Assembly: GCA_049516875.1 (NCBI GenBank)
Contig: JBEKSS010000006.1
Location: forward strand, 50,671 to 114,670
DNA: 64,000 bases
Direction: 5' to 3'
From: Candidatus Bathyarchaeia archaeon
Lineage (GTDB): Archaea; Thermoproteota; Bathyarchaeia; Bathyarchaeales; Bathycorpusculaceae
Made by a program: the position numbers and the translations under genes. This document shows, piece after piece, positions 49,239 through 58,417 of this stretch. The notes under the pieces were generated by a model, which was not told the origin of the DNA, searched no databases, and worked only from the letters and a program-made list of their open reading frames with translations. The first letter of the stretch is position 1. The number at the start of each line of letters is the position of its first letter.

Positions 49239-49424
49239 AGCGCGCATGCTTGTTCCTAAATTGGTCTAAAATGGTTTTTATTCGCCTTTTACGATTTGAG
49301 GACAGTTTTGGACTTCGCATTTGTTCCTGAATTCCTTGCGGCAACCAGCCTTCTCGAACCGGCAGAAGTTTGCAGAACGGAATTAAAACCATTTTTAACC
49401 ATTTTAGGAACACGCATGCGCGCT
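49239..49424. mobile_element. MITE-like element with long terminal inverted repeats
   Basis: 49239..49283 and 49380..49424 are inverted repeats, 40/45 identical; no coding capacity. Confidence 0.75.
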
Positions 49425-49553
49425 AAGCCTTGTGAAAGATTGGAGATTTCTACCGCGCGCGCTCATTTGAGAAGTCTTATAAGCGGTCACCACTTCAAAC
49501 ACAACAATGTAGCAGTTGTCGGTTTTCATGTGATTAGGAGAGAAAGATGAGAA

Positions 49554-50903
49554 ATGGGCAGAAAGGAAGTTATTTTATTCGTTTCAATGGTTTTGCTCGC
49601 AACATTCGTGGTTCCTCTAATAGGTTTAACTTCAGCGTCTGAAGTTAGAACTACTACACTCGTTCCTGTTGCAGACTCATTTGTCTCTTATGATACCCCC
49701 AAAACCAACGTTGGCAAGGAGCTATATCTGCGCACGGAATATGAGAAGCAAAAAACGGTCCTTAATGCAACATCATTCACCGTTCCTCCTTCGTCGCTTT
49801 TTTTCAGCGTATATCTTCCTCAGAACGGAAGAATAACAGGATCCTTCGCGGTAACAGCAGGCGGGAACAAGGACATCAATTTCGCAATAACAGACAGCGC
49901 ACAAACCACATATTATTACCAGTTGAATCGCGCGACAGCATCAAACTTTTCTTTTGTCGCGCCTTACACAGGTAACTTCTACCTGGTTTTTGACAACTCA
50001 TTCTCATTCTTCACAAGCAAGACGGTTTCCTTATCTGACGTGATTTTAACAATGGACTCGAACGTAATATCCACGCCGATTTTCCTTCTATTTGATCTTT
50101 CAAATATCCCTCCAGAAGCGACAATTAACACGGCAAACCTCTCTCTAAGCTTCAAAGATTCCGGAATAAGCTTGTATAACATTGTGAAGTCATTCGATTG
50201 CTCTGAAAGCAATTGGAATGAACAAGCCATAACATTCGAAAATGCGCCTCTATCACAATCATTCTTGACTGAATCATCGTCGCTGAACATGTCTGTCGGC
50301 ATTTCAGCTGGATCTCGTATCTATATGGATATTAAACCGGACGTCGTGCGGAGTCTGTCAAATGGAAAACTGACCGAGGTAATCGCGGCAGTGGATGGGG
50401 AGTTTTGGGCAGGTATTGTTGAGTTCGACTCTAGGGAATCAGAAAATACGCCAAAGCTTGAAATCTCTTACACCTATGTTTCAGCCAGTTCTTCTCTTTC
50501 ATCATCATTCATGATAGAAGGCCAGAACGTTGCTGTCAATGTTACGACCAATCCTTCCCAACCCCAGGGCAATATTAGGATTCAGTACAGCACCGACCAA
50601 TTAAAATGGTATGATATAAGTCAGGTTCAGGGCGGATCAGCGTATAATGTTTGGACACCATCAATAACAGGACAAGTTTATGTCAGAAGTGTCTGGGTAG
50701 TTTCTTGGAATGGAGGTTCCTATCAAACGACGAGTTCCGTGAGCAGCATATACGTTATGCCGATATCACTTGTTGTGGCCATACCTGTAGCAATCATAGC
50801 GGTAGTTGCAGCAATCGTGGGAATACGATATTGGCGAAAAAGAAGAGTCCATGTCAAGAAAAACACCGATTTTCAAGCACCTCAAGTGCCTCCGCCCACC
50901 TAG
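49554..50903 (+). CDS. Type I membrane surface protein: DNRLRE-like domain with inserted GOLD/p24-like domain, Ig-like domain, C-terminal TM
   Basis: Signal peptide; PVADSFVS, LLFDLSNIP, WNEQAITF.NAP, FDSRE...PKLEISY; insert with FYLVFDNSFSFFTSKTV; TM then RKRR. Confidence 0.7.
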   Translation: MGRKEVILFVSMVLLATFVVPLIGLTSASEVRTTTLVPVADSFVSYDTPKTNVGKELYLRTEYEKQKTVLNATSFTVPPSSLFFSVYLPQNGRITGSFAVTAGGNKDINFAITDSAQTTYYYQLNRATASNFSFVAPYTGNFYLVFDNSFSFFTSKTVSLSDVILTMDSNVISTPIFLLFDLSNIPPEATINTANLSLSFKDSGISLYNIVKSFDCSESNWNEQAITFENAPLSQSFLTESSSLNMSVGISAGSRIYMDIKPDVVRSLSNGKLTEVIAAVDGEFWAGIVEFDSRESENTPKLEISYTYVSASSSLSSSFMIEGQNVAVNVTTNPSQPQGNIRIQYSTDQLKWYDISQVQGGSAYNVWTPSITGQVYVRSVWVVSWNGGSYQTTSSVSSIYVMPISLVVAIPVAIIAVVAAIVGIRYWRKRRVHVKKNTDFQAPQVPPPT

Positions 50904-51101
50904 CGCGTGTAGCATAGTTCGCGGCATACATCCCCATTTGGGTATCTCCCTAATCTCCATCAATTTTCCATAATGGTGAGAATGTACATCTCCTTAGTAA
51001 CCCTGTCTATGCCCTAATGCGTGCACTATTACTACGCACCATAAGTGACAGAAACGAGACTTTTATGAGACACTTAAGCGATAAGTTTGTGACGATAAGA
51101 G

Positions 51102-51524
51102 ATGGGCGGCAGAAGAACCTCAAAAGAGGAGCTGGCACAATTAGAAGCCTTAACTAAGGAAGGACTTACAGCCAGAGACATAGCTCAAAAACTCGATAGG
51201 TCTCCGGCGGCCATAAGAAACCTTCGCTACAAGAAACACTTAGTCACCAGGGCACAAGACGAGACTAAAGCCTTGTTTCATCAAAGAGACGAATTAATCA
51301 ATATTGTGAAGTTTCTTCAGGGAGAGAAAGCGTCGTTAGCTTTTGAAGTGGAATATCTCAGAAAGGAAAGGGCAAGACTTGAAGCAGCCATCGCAACAGA
51401 CAAAGCTCGTCTAGAAGAAACTCTTGCTCAAGCACTGAAAAACCTGAAAATACAGAGACCCGACTTGTTCACTCTATCTGGTCCAGAGCAAATAGCCATG
51501 CTATTAAAAGTGTTCTTGAAATGA
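51102..51524 (+). CDS. HTH protein with C-terminal coiled coil
   Basis: EGLTARDIAQKLDRSPAAIRN HTH followed by heptads. Confidence 0.75.
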   Translation: MGGRRTSKEELAQLEALTKEGLTARDIAQKLDRSPAAIRNLRYKKHLVTRAQDETKALFHQRDELINIVKFLQGEKASLAFEVEYLRKERARLEAAIATDKARLEETLAQALKNLKIQRPDLFTLSGPEQIAMLLKVFLK

Positions 51525-51743
51525 GTTCTCACTTGGTTATGAGATAGCGCGTGCTAGACTTGAAGGAACGAGTGTTCAGGGCAATAGAAGAGTTGATGCG
51601 GCTATCCTATCCTTCACCATGAACACGCGCCTACATGTCTGGTCTTCCTCTCGGACAAAAATGTTATTAGCATCAGCATATGCCGAGTATTCTAGTTGGA
51701 AGTAAATAGTAAATCCATTGACAAGGAAAACTGAGTTGGTGAC

Positions 51744-51923
51744 ATGCCCGAAGAAACCGTTCTCGAATGCCCAAAATGCGGAAAGCGTACAATAATTAAA
51801 CATAAAACGAAAGCGAGGAACCCTTATGGGCATTTTATAATATATGAGTGCCTTTCATGCGGTTGGAAGACGTCCTGGATGCCAGATGAGCGCGCTCTAC
51901 AAGAGTCCAATGGGGTGGAATAG
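51744..51923 (+). CDS. 59-aa Zn-ribbon microprotein
   Basis: GGTGA SD; MPEETVLECPKCGKR...YECLSCGWK...; two CxxC pairs; below the ORF-track cutoff. Confidence 0.65.
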   Translation: MPEETVLECPKCGKRTIIKHKTKARNPYGHFIIYECLSCGWKTSWMPDERALQESNGVE

Positions 51924-52027
51924 AACATAGTTATAGGAGATTAGTGAATGGACTTCAACCCCGCACTGATAAGCGATCCGAAGGAGCGAGTATTCAAGCG
52001 CGCGCGTCCTATGCACGTACGCTAATT

Positions 52028-52852
52028 CTACCAGAAACCTCGAGCATTCGGAAAGTAATACTCAAGTTTCTTGATACATCTATCCTGTTCTTCTCTGTCT
52101 AAAGAGCTGTGTTTTTGTGCGTTTATTTGTCTGGTGACAGAACCTCCTGTCACATCAACAACCAACAGTCCAATGCGAGCATTGTTTAAAACATTCTCTA
52201 ATGTCTGCGAACCATATGCCGCCAATTCCGTAATCTTGCGTCCGATCTCTATTACTAGACCAGGGGTTGTAGCTAGGAAGACTCTATCAGAGTATCTCAT
52301 GAAAGTGCTTGCTTGATTGAGAAATCTCTTATACTCATTGAACTGGGTCTTTGCGTCAACTGCAACAAGGTTTTTCTCCCCCCAACCTTTATCACAAGCA
52401 AAGAAATCAGGCCAGCCTTCTCTTTTTAGGTGATCGGTGTGAAATGCTATACTATATTCTCTCTTAAGGTACTTCCTGATCGAATCGTATAACTCGCTCT
52501 CATCCTCAACGTGCCCGAATACATAGTTGAAAACTCTCGGAGAATCTTCCAGCGTTTCTACTATGTGCTCACAGAGTAGTTCATGGTCATAATGCCTCTC
52601 ATACATGTCAAGCCCTTTTTTTCTGAGACTAGCGGATGCTTCCATCAGTCTCCGAGCTTTCTCGGTGTTTGTCAAACGATCGTAATCTCGCATATTGTTT
52701 TGCATGTCAGTGTTGGTCATCCTTGTATGTTCTAACAACAATCTATAGACGCTCGAATGACGGCTTGTGTTCAGAAGACGTCTTAGAATTTCATCCACTT
52801 CCAGATAAGCAAAGTAGTTAGCCAATTCCTTTCCCAAGTCGATTATGTTCAA
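52028..52852 (-). CDS. PD-(D/E)XK superfamily nuclease-like protein
   Basis: E..LY...GWPDFFA...VAVDAK...QA..F..YSDRVFLA; start uncertain (ORF track 52918). Confidence 0.65.
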   Translation of the reverse strand: MNIIDLGKELANYFAYLEVDEILRRLLNTSRHSSVYRLLLEHTRMTNTDMQNNMRDYDRLTNTEKARRLMEASASLRKKGLDMYERHYDHELLCEHIVETLEDSPRVFNYVFGHVEDESELYDSIRKYLKREYSIAFHTDHLKREGWPDFFACDKGWGEKNLVAVDAKTQFNEYKRFLNQASTFMRYSDRVFLATTPGLVIEIGRKITELAAYGSQTLENVLNNARIGLLVVDVTGGSVTRQINAQKHSSLDREEQDRCIKKLEYYFPNARGFW

Positions 52853-52926
52853 AGAGTTTAAGAATCTTGCGAAGAACACGTAGGGTTGCTTCGGAAAACT
52901 TACTAATAGGGCCGACAAAGTATTAT

Positions 52927-54717
52927 TTGATTATCTTGCCTCTCTATCTGTCGTCGCTGACGGAGACTGACAACACAGGTTGGGAACGATCAGCGACGCT
53001 TGACAAAGCGTTGGCCTGTGCCTTTATCTGCATCGAGGCAGAGAGAAAGAAAGAGAAGGGTTTTCTGTTCAAACAGCCCGAAGAAGTAATTTCCTTTATG
53101 GTGCAGGTTCTCTGGCCTTTCGCTCTTGTCGAACGGCCCTCCGGAAAGAAGGTAATATTCGATTCGCTGGCAGTCATGAAACGGCAGATCTATGATGGCA
53201 ATGTCGGGCGTGGCATAGAGTTTGTTGAACAAATAAAGGAATGCGCTCCGTCTAGTATTAGCAGAAGCGAGTTTCACAAACGTCTTCAAAGATACACTTC
53301 TTATTTCAAGGATTTTGTCGACTCGAAAATGCTTGAAATACCTGGCTGTCTTCCTGACAACAAAATAGCTGAAGGACTAACAGTCGCATTTTCTTCAGCA
53401 GGACCGAAAGAACAGTGCGAATCTGTTGATCTTTCACCGATAATCGACACTGGCAAAGTGAAGGAATCGTTGAGTGCCTTATCAGAGCTGAAGGCTAAGT
53501 CGCAGGGCGACATTCAAACGTTGAACAAATCCCCGTTGCCACTTAATTCGGTAATGCCGAAATGGCATAAACAAATCGACGATGAGATCAAGCAGGTCAA
53601 AAAGACATACAATGCTTTAATAGAAGATATTAGACCCGACGTTGCCGAAAAAATAAGCGAGCTGACAACGTTAAGAGAACGTGAGTTGGCACCGCTTAGA
53701 CCGATAATAGAAAGACTTGAGAATGAAACGCGAGTATGGGAGGATTTTAAAAGAACTCGAGAGGCAGAAGAATCAAGAGCAAGAGCGGACGAAATCAAGG
53801 CAGAAGGAGATCTGGAGCAGGCAGAAGAGGAAGTGGACGAGGCCAATCAAGAGCTGCAAATCGCTCAAAGACGAGCCAACGAAGACCAAAGCTACCAACA
53901 ACGCTACGATGAAGAATGGGTTTCGCAGATACAAAGGCGAATAACACGCTTGGAGAACAAAGTATCAGATGCAGAAGACACTGTAAGTCGTGCTAGACCG
54001 TTCAGAAATGAGTGCATGGAAAGAACCTATGAAACTTCAGCGGAGCTTTCCCGCGTCGAAGGAATACTAAACCAGAAAAGAGATGAGTATGGTAACATCG
54101 AGGATCATTATGAAAGAGTGATAGCTGACCAAGAAAGACGGATAACAGCACTCGAAGACAGAAGGGACTCGGAGGTCGAGTCGCTGAGCCACGAATCATC
54201 TATTTTGAGAGATAATTCAAAGGAGATTCGCGAGGACATCAAGAAATTGATCAGACGGAAGGAACTTGTCATTAACCAGATCGACGGTCTCGAAATGCAC
54301 ATACCAATCGCCTCATTGAAGCCCGAAACCGAATCTTACATTTACGTTCCCTTTTTCCTAGCGTTGCTGAAGAGCCAATCTGGTTCGAGATTTCTTGTGA
54401 TCCCCCCTTCCAGAGCGAGAAAAAGCAAGAGCACGGTGGAAAAAATAAGTCAGTTCCTCATGTCAAAGATCCCTATCCCTTCTGAACCGAGAAATCACCA
54501 TCTAACACAGCTCTCTTCAGAACTGCTGAAGTTATTAACAACGACCAACCCGATTTCGAAAGAACTATTTGGAAAAGCTCAACAATCAAACCTACTGAAT
54601 TCGAGCAATACGAGAGATCAATTGCTTAAAGGAATACAGGGGCTTTGCACTGAAGGTTTTTTGAGCGAAAAAGTTGCACGAAAATTGATGAGCACTTTTC
54701 CCATGAACCCCAAATAA
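52927..54717 (+). CDS. Long coiled-coil protein with globular N- and C-termini
   Basis: Central E/R/Q-rich heptads; terminal WPF and YVPFF beta-strand motifs; no Walker A seen; start uncertain. Confidence 0.75.
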   Translation: MIILPLYLSSLTETDNTGWERSATLDKALACAFICIEAERKKEKGFLFKQPEEVISFMVQVLWPFALVERPSGKKVIFDSLAVMKRQIYDGNVGRGIEFVEQIKECAPSSISRSEFHKRLQRYTSYFKDFVDSKMLEIPGCLPDNKIAEGLTVAFSSAGPKEQCESVDLSPIIDTGKVKESLSALSELKAKSQGDIQTLNKSPLPLNSVMPKWHKQIDDEIKQVKKTYNALIEDIRPDVAEKISELTTLRERELAPLRPIIERLENETRVWEDFKRTREAEESRARADEIKAEGDLEQAEEEVDEANQELQIAQRRANEDQSYQQRYDEEWVSQIQRRITRLENKVSDAEDTVSRARPFRNECMERTYETSAELSRVEGILNQKRDEYGNIEDHYERVIADQERRITALEDRRDSEVESLSHESSILRDNSKEIREDIKKLIRRKELVINQIDGLEMHIPIASLKPETESYIYVPFFLALLKSQSGSRFLVIPPSRARKSKSTVEKISQFLMSKIPIPSEPRNHHLTQLSSELLKLLTTTNPISKELFGKAQQSNLLNSSNTRDQLLKGIQGLCTEGFLSEKVARKLMSTFPMNPK

Positions 54718-54737
54718 TATGTTCCTGCAAGTCAAGT

Positions 54738-54965
54738 CGCGCGCGCTCTAAGCTTCATTGAATCCTCAGCTTCAAGATTCTTTAGTCTCTCAATAACAGC
54801 AAAATCATGACTGTTTAAACCGTACTTCTTCAAAACTTGGTTTTGCCCTTCAAGCTTGCACAGAACAAACTGTTTGGCAATATGCACAGCTTTGTCATTC
54901 TTCAAAGCTTCATATTGACACACCCTAGTCTTAACGTGACTGTCATCATCCAGACTCTTTAGCAT
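54738..54965 (-). pseudogene. cas1: Internal fragment of a Cas1/casposase-like gene
   Basis: LKSLDDDSHVKTRVCQYEALKNDKAVHIAKQFVLCKLEGQNQVLKKY matches the Cas1 R..QY...IAK.FV..K...Q..VL helical segment; both ends missing. Confidence 0.65.
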
Positions 54966-54966
54966 C

Positions 54967-55152
54967 GTGTTTGTTTGGTTTTTGATAATGTTTCTTGCTG
55001 TGGTAGCAGATTATGGTTACATCTTATCAAATTACGGTGCATTGGTGTATATTTTCCTTTTAGTTGGCATTACTGTAGTCTGGTTTCTAATACGCAGATT
55101 GCTTGCAACAAAGCAACGCGCGCGCTATGTGAAAGTTAAGACTTGTGGATGA
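54967..55152 (+). CDS. Small two-TM ORF, possibly a fragment
   Basis: Two hydrophobic stretches; abuts the cas1 fragment with no room for a promoter. Confidence 0.35.
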   Translation: MFVWFLIMFLAVVADYGYILSNYGALVYIFLLVGITVVWFLIRRLLATKQRARYVKVKTCG

Positions 55153-55379
55153 ATCATCCTTTGAATAGCCCAAGGGTTCGCGGGAGAAGTTACCCTATTC
55201 AGAAAGCTTATATTTGAGGGTGTCTTTTTCTTACTTGATATATCAAAGATAACTAAAAACCAACGATTAATAAGGACTTCGGGAGATATCTCCACAACTA
55301 TCACGTATACTTAAAGACTCCAGTGCCGCATTCCATATAAGATTCAAGTGGATGGTATTCTCGTTGAGGAACAAACTTA

Positions 55380-55889
55380 ATGGATCAGGCCAAATCCTCA
55401 GTTTTTGAAGGTTATCGTAAGCGATTGGAAACCGCCGCGAGTTACGGTGAAGTCTGGGAGATCGTAAAGGACACCGTTGAATTTGCCCTTCACAAGCGCA
55501 GGAGCGGTATGATGCTCTTCTTGGACGATTTGCCCATTCAATTGGGCGCATACCATCCTCTAGGCACGAATAACATTGTTTTGAACAGGGTTTTGGTCCA
55601 GATAGTCGAGGCCGCGGTTGAGTCCAAACGCGTGCTGAACGCTTTGGTTTACAATCTGTTGGTGCATGAATATCTGCACGCGCTTGGCGAGTTTTCTGAA
55701 ATGGCTGTCAGAAACTTGGTTGTTGAGGTTGCCAGAAAATGTTTTGGAGAGGACTACGTTGTCACGCAGGTTGCGGTGAAAAGCCCTTGGGTTTTGCTCA
55801 AAGGGATACCGTTGGAAAGTGTCAATGTCCCGAAGCGTTTCATGGAGATTGTTAAGGACTTTGAAAAGACAGACAAGTACGTTGTGTGA
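55380..55889 (+). CDS. Putative zincin-like metalloprotein
   Basis: LGAYH and LLVHEYLHALG (HExxH). Confidence 0.7.
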   Translation: MDQAKSSVFEGYRKRLETAASYGEVWEIVKDTVEFALHKRRSGMMLFLDDLPIQLGAYHPLGTNNIVLNRVLVQIVEAAVESKRVLNALVYNLLVHEYLHALGEFSEMAVRNLVVEVARKCFGEDYVVTQVAVKSPWVLLKGIPLESVNVPKRFMEIVKDFEKTDKYVV

Positions 55890-55969
55890 ACCTATTCTCT
55901 TTTGAACTGAACCGTCAAGCCTTTAAGCATGTCGTTGCTTTTACGCTTCTTTCAAGCGGCGAAAACCAG

Positions 55970-57073
55970 ATGACTGACAGCAGAGTGGAAAAGCTGGCAA
56001 AGCTTTGCGTCCACTACAGTGTGGGTGTGAAGCCCAAGGAATTGGTGATCATACAGGGCAGCGACAGGGCTTTTCCGTTGATACATGAGCTTTACAAGGA
56101 GTGCTTGCTGAGTGATGCTTACCCTCAGATTATGCCGACTCTTGATGTTCAGTACACATTCTTCAGGTACGCGAAGGAGCATCAACTGAAGTTCGTCTCG
56201 CCTCTGGATAAATTCATGGCCGAAAACATTGATGTGAGTATAGGAATATTCTGTGATCCTAACCCGAAAAGGCTGACAAACATAGATCCAGCGAAAATGC
56301 GGACGCGTACGGCTTCCCGACGAGAGATCGCGGACATTTTCTACAAAAGAGAAGCTGAAAAGAAGTTCAGGTGGACTGGTCTACCGTTTCCTATTGATGC
56401 TGAGGCGCAGGAAGCCTCGATGGCTTTGTCAGAGTACGAGGATTTCGTTTATACCAGTTGCCTCGTGAACAGAGAAGATCCAGTTGCAGAATGGACAAGG
56501 ATTCAGAAGGAACAAGAGAAAACCTGCAAATTCCTCAACCAAGCCAAGGAAATTCGTGTAGTAGGCGAAGACACGGACTTAACCTATAACGTCAAAGGCA
56601 GAAAATGGATAAACTGCAGCGGACAGAAAAACATGCCCGACGGCGAAGTGTTTACGGCGCCAGTTGAAAACTCCGTGAACGGCACGATAAGATTCACCTT
56701 CCCAGGCATATATTTAGGTAGAGAAGTGGAGGACATAAAACTCACCTTTAAAGAAGGCAGAGTAGTGAAAGCATCGGCCGCAAAAGGAGACGAACTGTTG
56801 CAAGAGCTTCTGAAAATCGAAGGCGCAGATCGTCTTGGAGAAACCGCAATTGGAACGAACTACGAAATAACAAGATTCACCAAGAGCATGCTTTTCGACG
56901 AAAAGATGGGCGGAACAATGCACATGGCCCTAGGATTTAACCCGATTCCAGAAACAGGTGGACTAAACAAGTCCGCGCTTCACTGGGACATCCTGAAAGA
57001 CATGAAGAAAGACGGAGAAATCTACGCCGACAAAAAGCTGTTCTACAAGAACGGGAAGTTCTTGGAATTCTAG
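55970..57073 (+). CDS. M29 aminopeptidase (AmpS/AmpT type)
   Basis: NMPDGEVFTAP, RLGETAIG, LFDEKMGGTMHMALG, SALHWDI. Confidence 0.93.
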   Translation: MTDSRVEKLAKLCVHYSVGVKPKELVIIQGSDRAFPLIHELYKECLLSDAYPQIMPTLDVQYTFFRYAKEHQLKFVSPLDKFMAENIDVSIGIFCDPNPKRLTNIDPAKMRTRTASRREIADIFYKREAEKKFRWTGLPFPIDAEAQEASMALSEYEDFVYTSCLVNREDPVAEWTRIQKEQEKTCKFLNQAKEIRVVGEDTDLTYNVKGRKWINCSGQKNMPDGEVFTAPVENSVNGTIRFTFPGIYLGREVEDIKLTFKEGRVVKASAAKGDELLQELLKIEGADRLGETAIGTNYEITRFTKSMLFDEKMGGTMHMALGFNPIPETGGLNKSALHWDILKDMKKDGEIYADKKLFYKNGKFLEF

Positions 57074-57178
57074 CATTATGTATCAGTTCAAACCAGCTTG
57101 AACACCAATTGACTCCTAATTGCGACTGCTTATCGTCGAAAATGAGCAAGGTCAAAACGTCGTCAGTTAGAAGCCGTA

Positions 57179-58192
57179 TCACTTCACCTTTTCAAATCGA
57201 ATTATGTAGACGAGCTGGTCGTCATCCCATTGTCCATTAATCTCTTTCCATTTTTTCTTGAACTGTAAGAGTGTGTAGCCGCCTTCTCTCGCGGCATCTT
57301 CTTCGTTGAAATACCTTAGCTTCTTTCTTTCCACGGACATGATGCGCAGTTCCGCAACGTGTGGTTCCCATATCGCTGCGTGAACCAAAGCTCCGACCTT
57401 GATTTTTGGATCCGGCACCTTTGTCATGGAAGTCTGAGTCTTTGCGCCCTCGACTATGATTTTTTTGTCCTCTGCTACGAAGGGTAAGGTGCACGGTGAT
57501 TCGGCCACTTCCTCAATTACTTCATCGACAGATTTTTCAGGTTCAAGGACGACTCTTTCGATGACTTGGCTTCTATCTTTGACGGGGAGTCGTTTCTCGG
57601 CAAGCTTCTTAATTACCTCCAGTCGTTTTTCAGGCTCTTGGATTGATCTTCCGATCTTGACGGCCGTCTGATAATCGATTTTTCCCTCAGGCACTTCCCC
57701 CGAGATGGTTGAGGGGGCAACGTACTTTTGGGCTTCTTCTGGTACGACTTCGGCGGTTCGCAACCAAGTGGAGACGGCTTCAGGACTCACGCCGATTTTC
57801 TCTGCTATCGCCCTTTGCGAAGGATACTTGTCTGGGCATTCTTCGAGCAGATACTTGCAAACTTTTCCCTTCTCAATCGCGCTAAGGTCTTCTCTTTGCA
57901 CGTTTTCTATCAAGTTCAGTTGCACAACTTCATCGTCCGTGTATTCCCGCACGATGGCAGGTACCTTTTCAAGACCAGCCTGTTGTGAAGCCCTGTAGCG
58001 TCTTTCGCCCACCACGACCTCAAACTGTCCATTTACGGGTCTGACAATTATCGGTTCGAGGAGGCCGACCTCTCTTATGCTGGTAGCCAGTTCATTGAGG
58101 CGCTCTATGTTGACTTCCAACCTAGGGTTAAGTCGGCTTGGACGGATTTGTTTGATGTCGATTTCTCTGAATGTTTCTGTCATGGCCATCAC
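57179..58192 (-). CDS. ParB/Spo0J-family protein fused to a C-terminal ASCH domain
   Basis: GLLEPIIVRP, VVGERRYRA, IENVQREDL, HTH SQRAIAEKIGVS; C-terminal GAKTQT...EEDAAREG...VYIIRFE. Confidence 0.85.
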   Translation of the reverse strand: MMAMTETFREIDIKQIRPSRLNPRLEVNIERLNELATSIREVGLLEPIIVRPVNGQFEVVVGERRYRASQQAGLEKVPAIVREYTDDEVVQLNLIENVQREDLSAIEKGKVCKYLLEECPDKYPSQRAIAEKIGVSPEAVSTWLRTAEVVPEEAQKYVAPSTISGEVPEGKIDYQTAVKIGRSIQEPEKRLEVIKKLAEKRLPVKDRSQVIERVVLEPEKSVDEVIEEVAESPCTLPFVAEDKKIIVEGAKTQTSMTKVPDPKIKVGALVHAAIWEPHVAELRIMSVERKKLRYFNEEDAAREGGYTLLQFKKKWKEINGQWDDDQLVYIIRFEKVK

Positions 58193-58417
58193 ACACTTGG
58201 TTGTTTAATCGGCGATTTTCTATTTAAGAATTCAAGCGTATTATTGATGAGCATGCAGGGCGTGCACAGAATCTTCATCCAATCCTCTCTTGCTTTTCGC
58301 GGGCGTGCTCTGCAGTGCAGTGAGGAGAGTTGCCAAGACTGTTTATCAACGGGAAATTGGCAAACTATATAATAATGATTCAATTCTCATGTTTTTGCTA
58401 GGCGGGGCCAGAAGCTT

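Noticed and set aside
52927-54717. SMC/Rad50 ATPase
   Set aside because: No Walker A/B, signature motif or zinc hook seen
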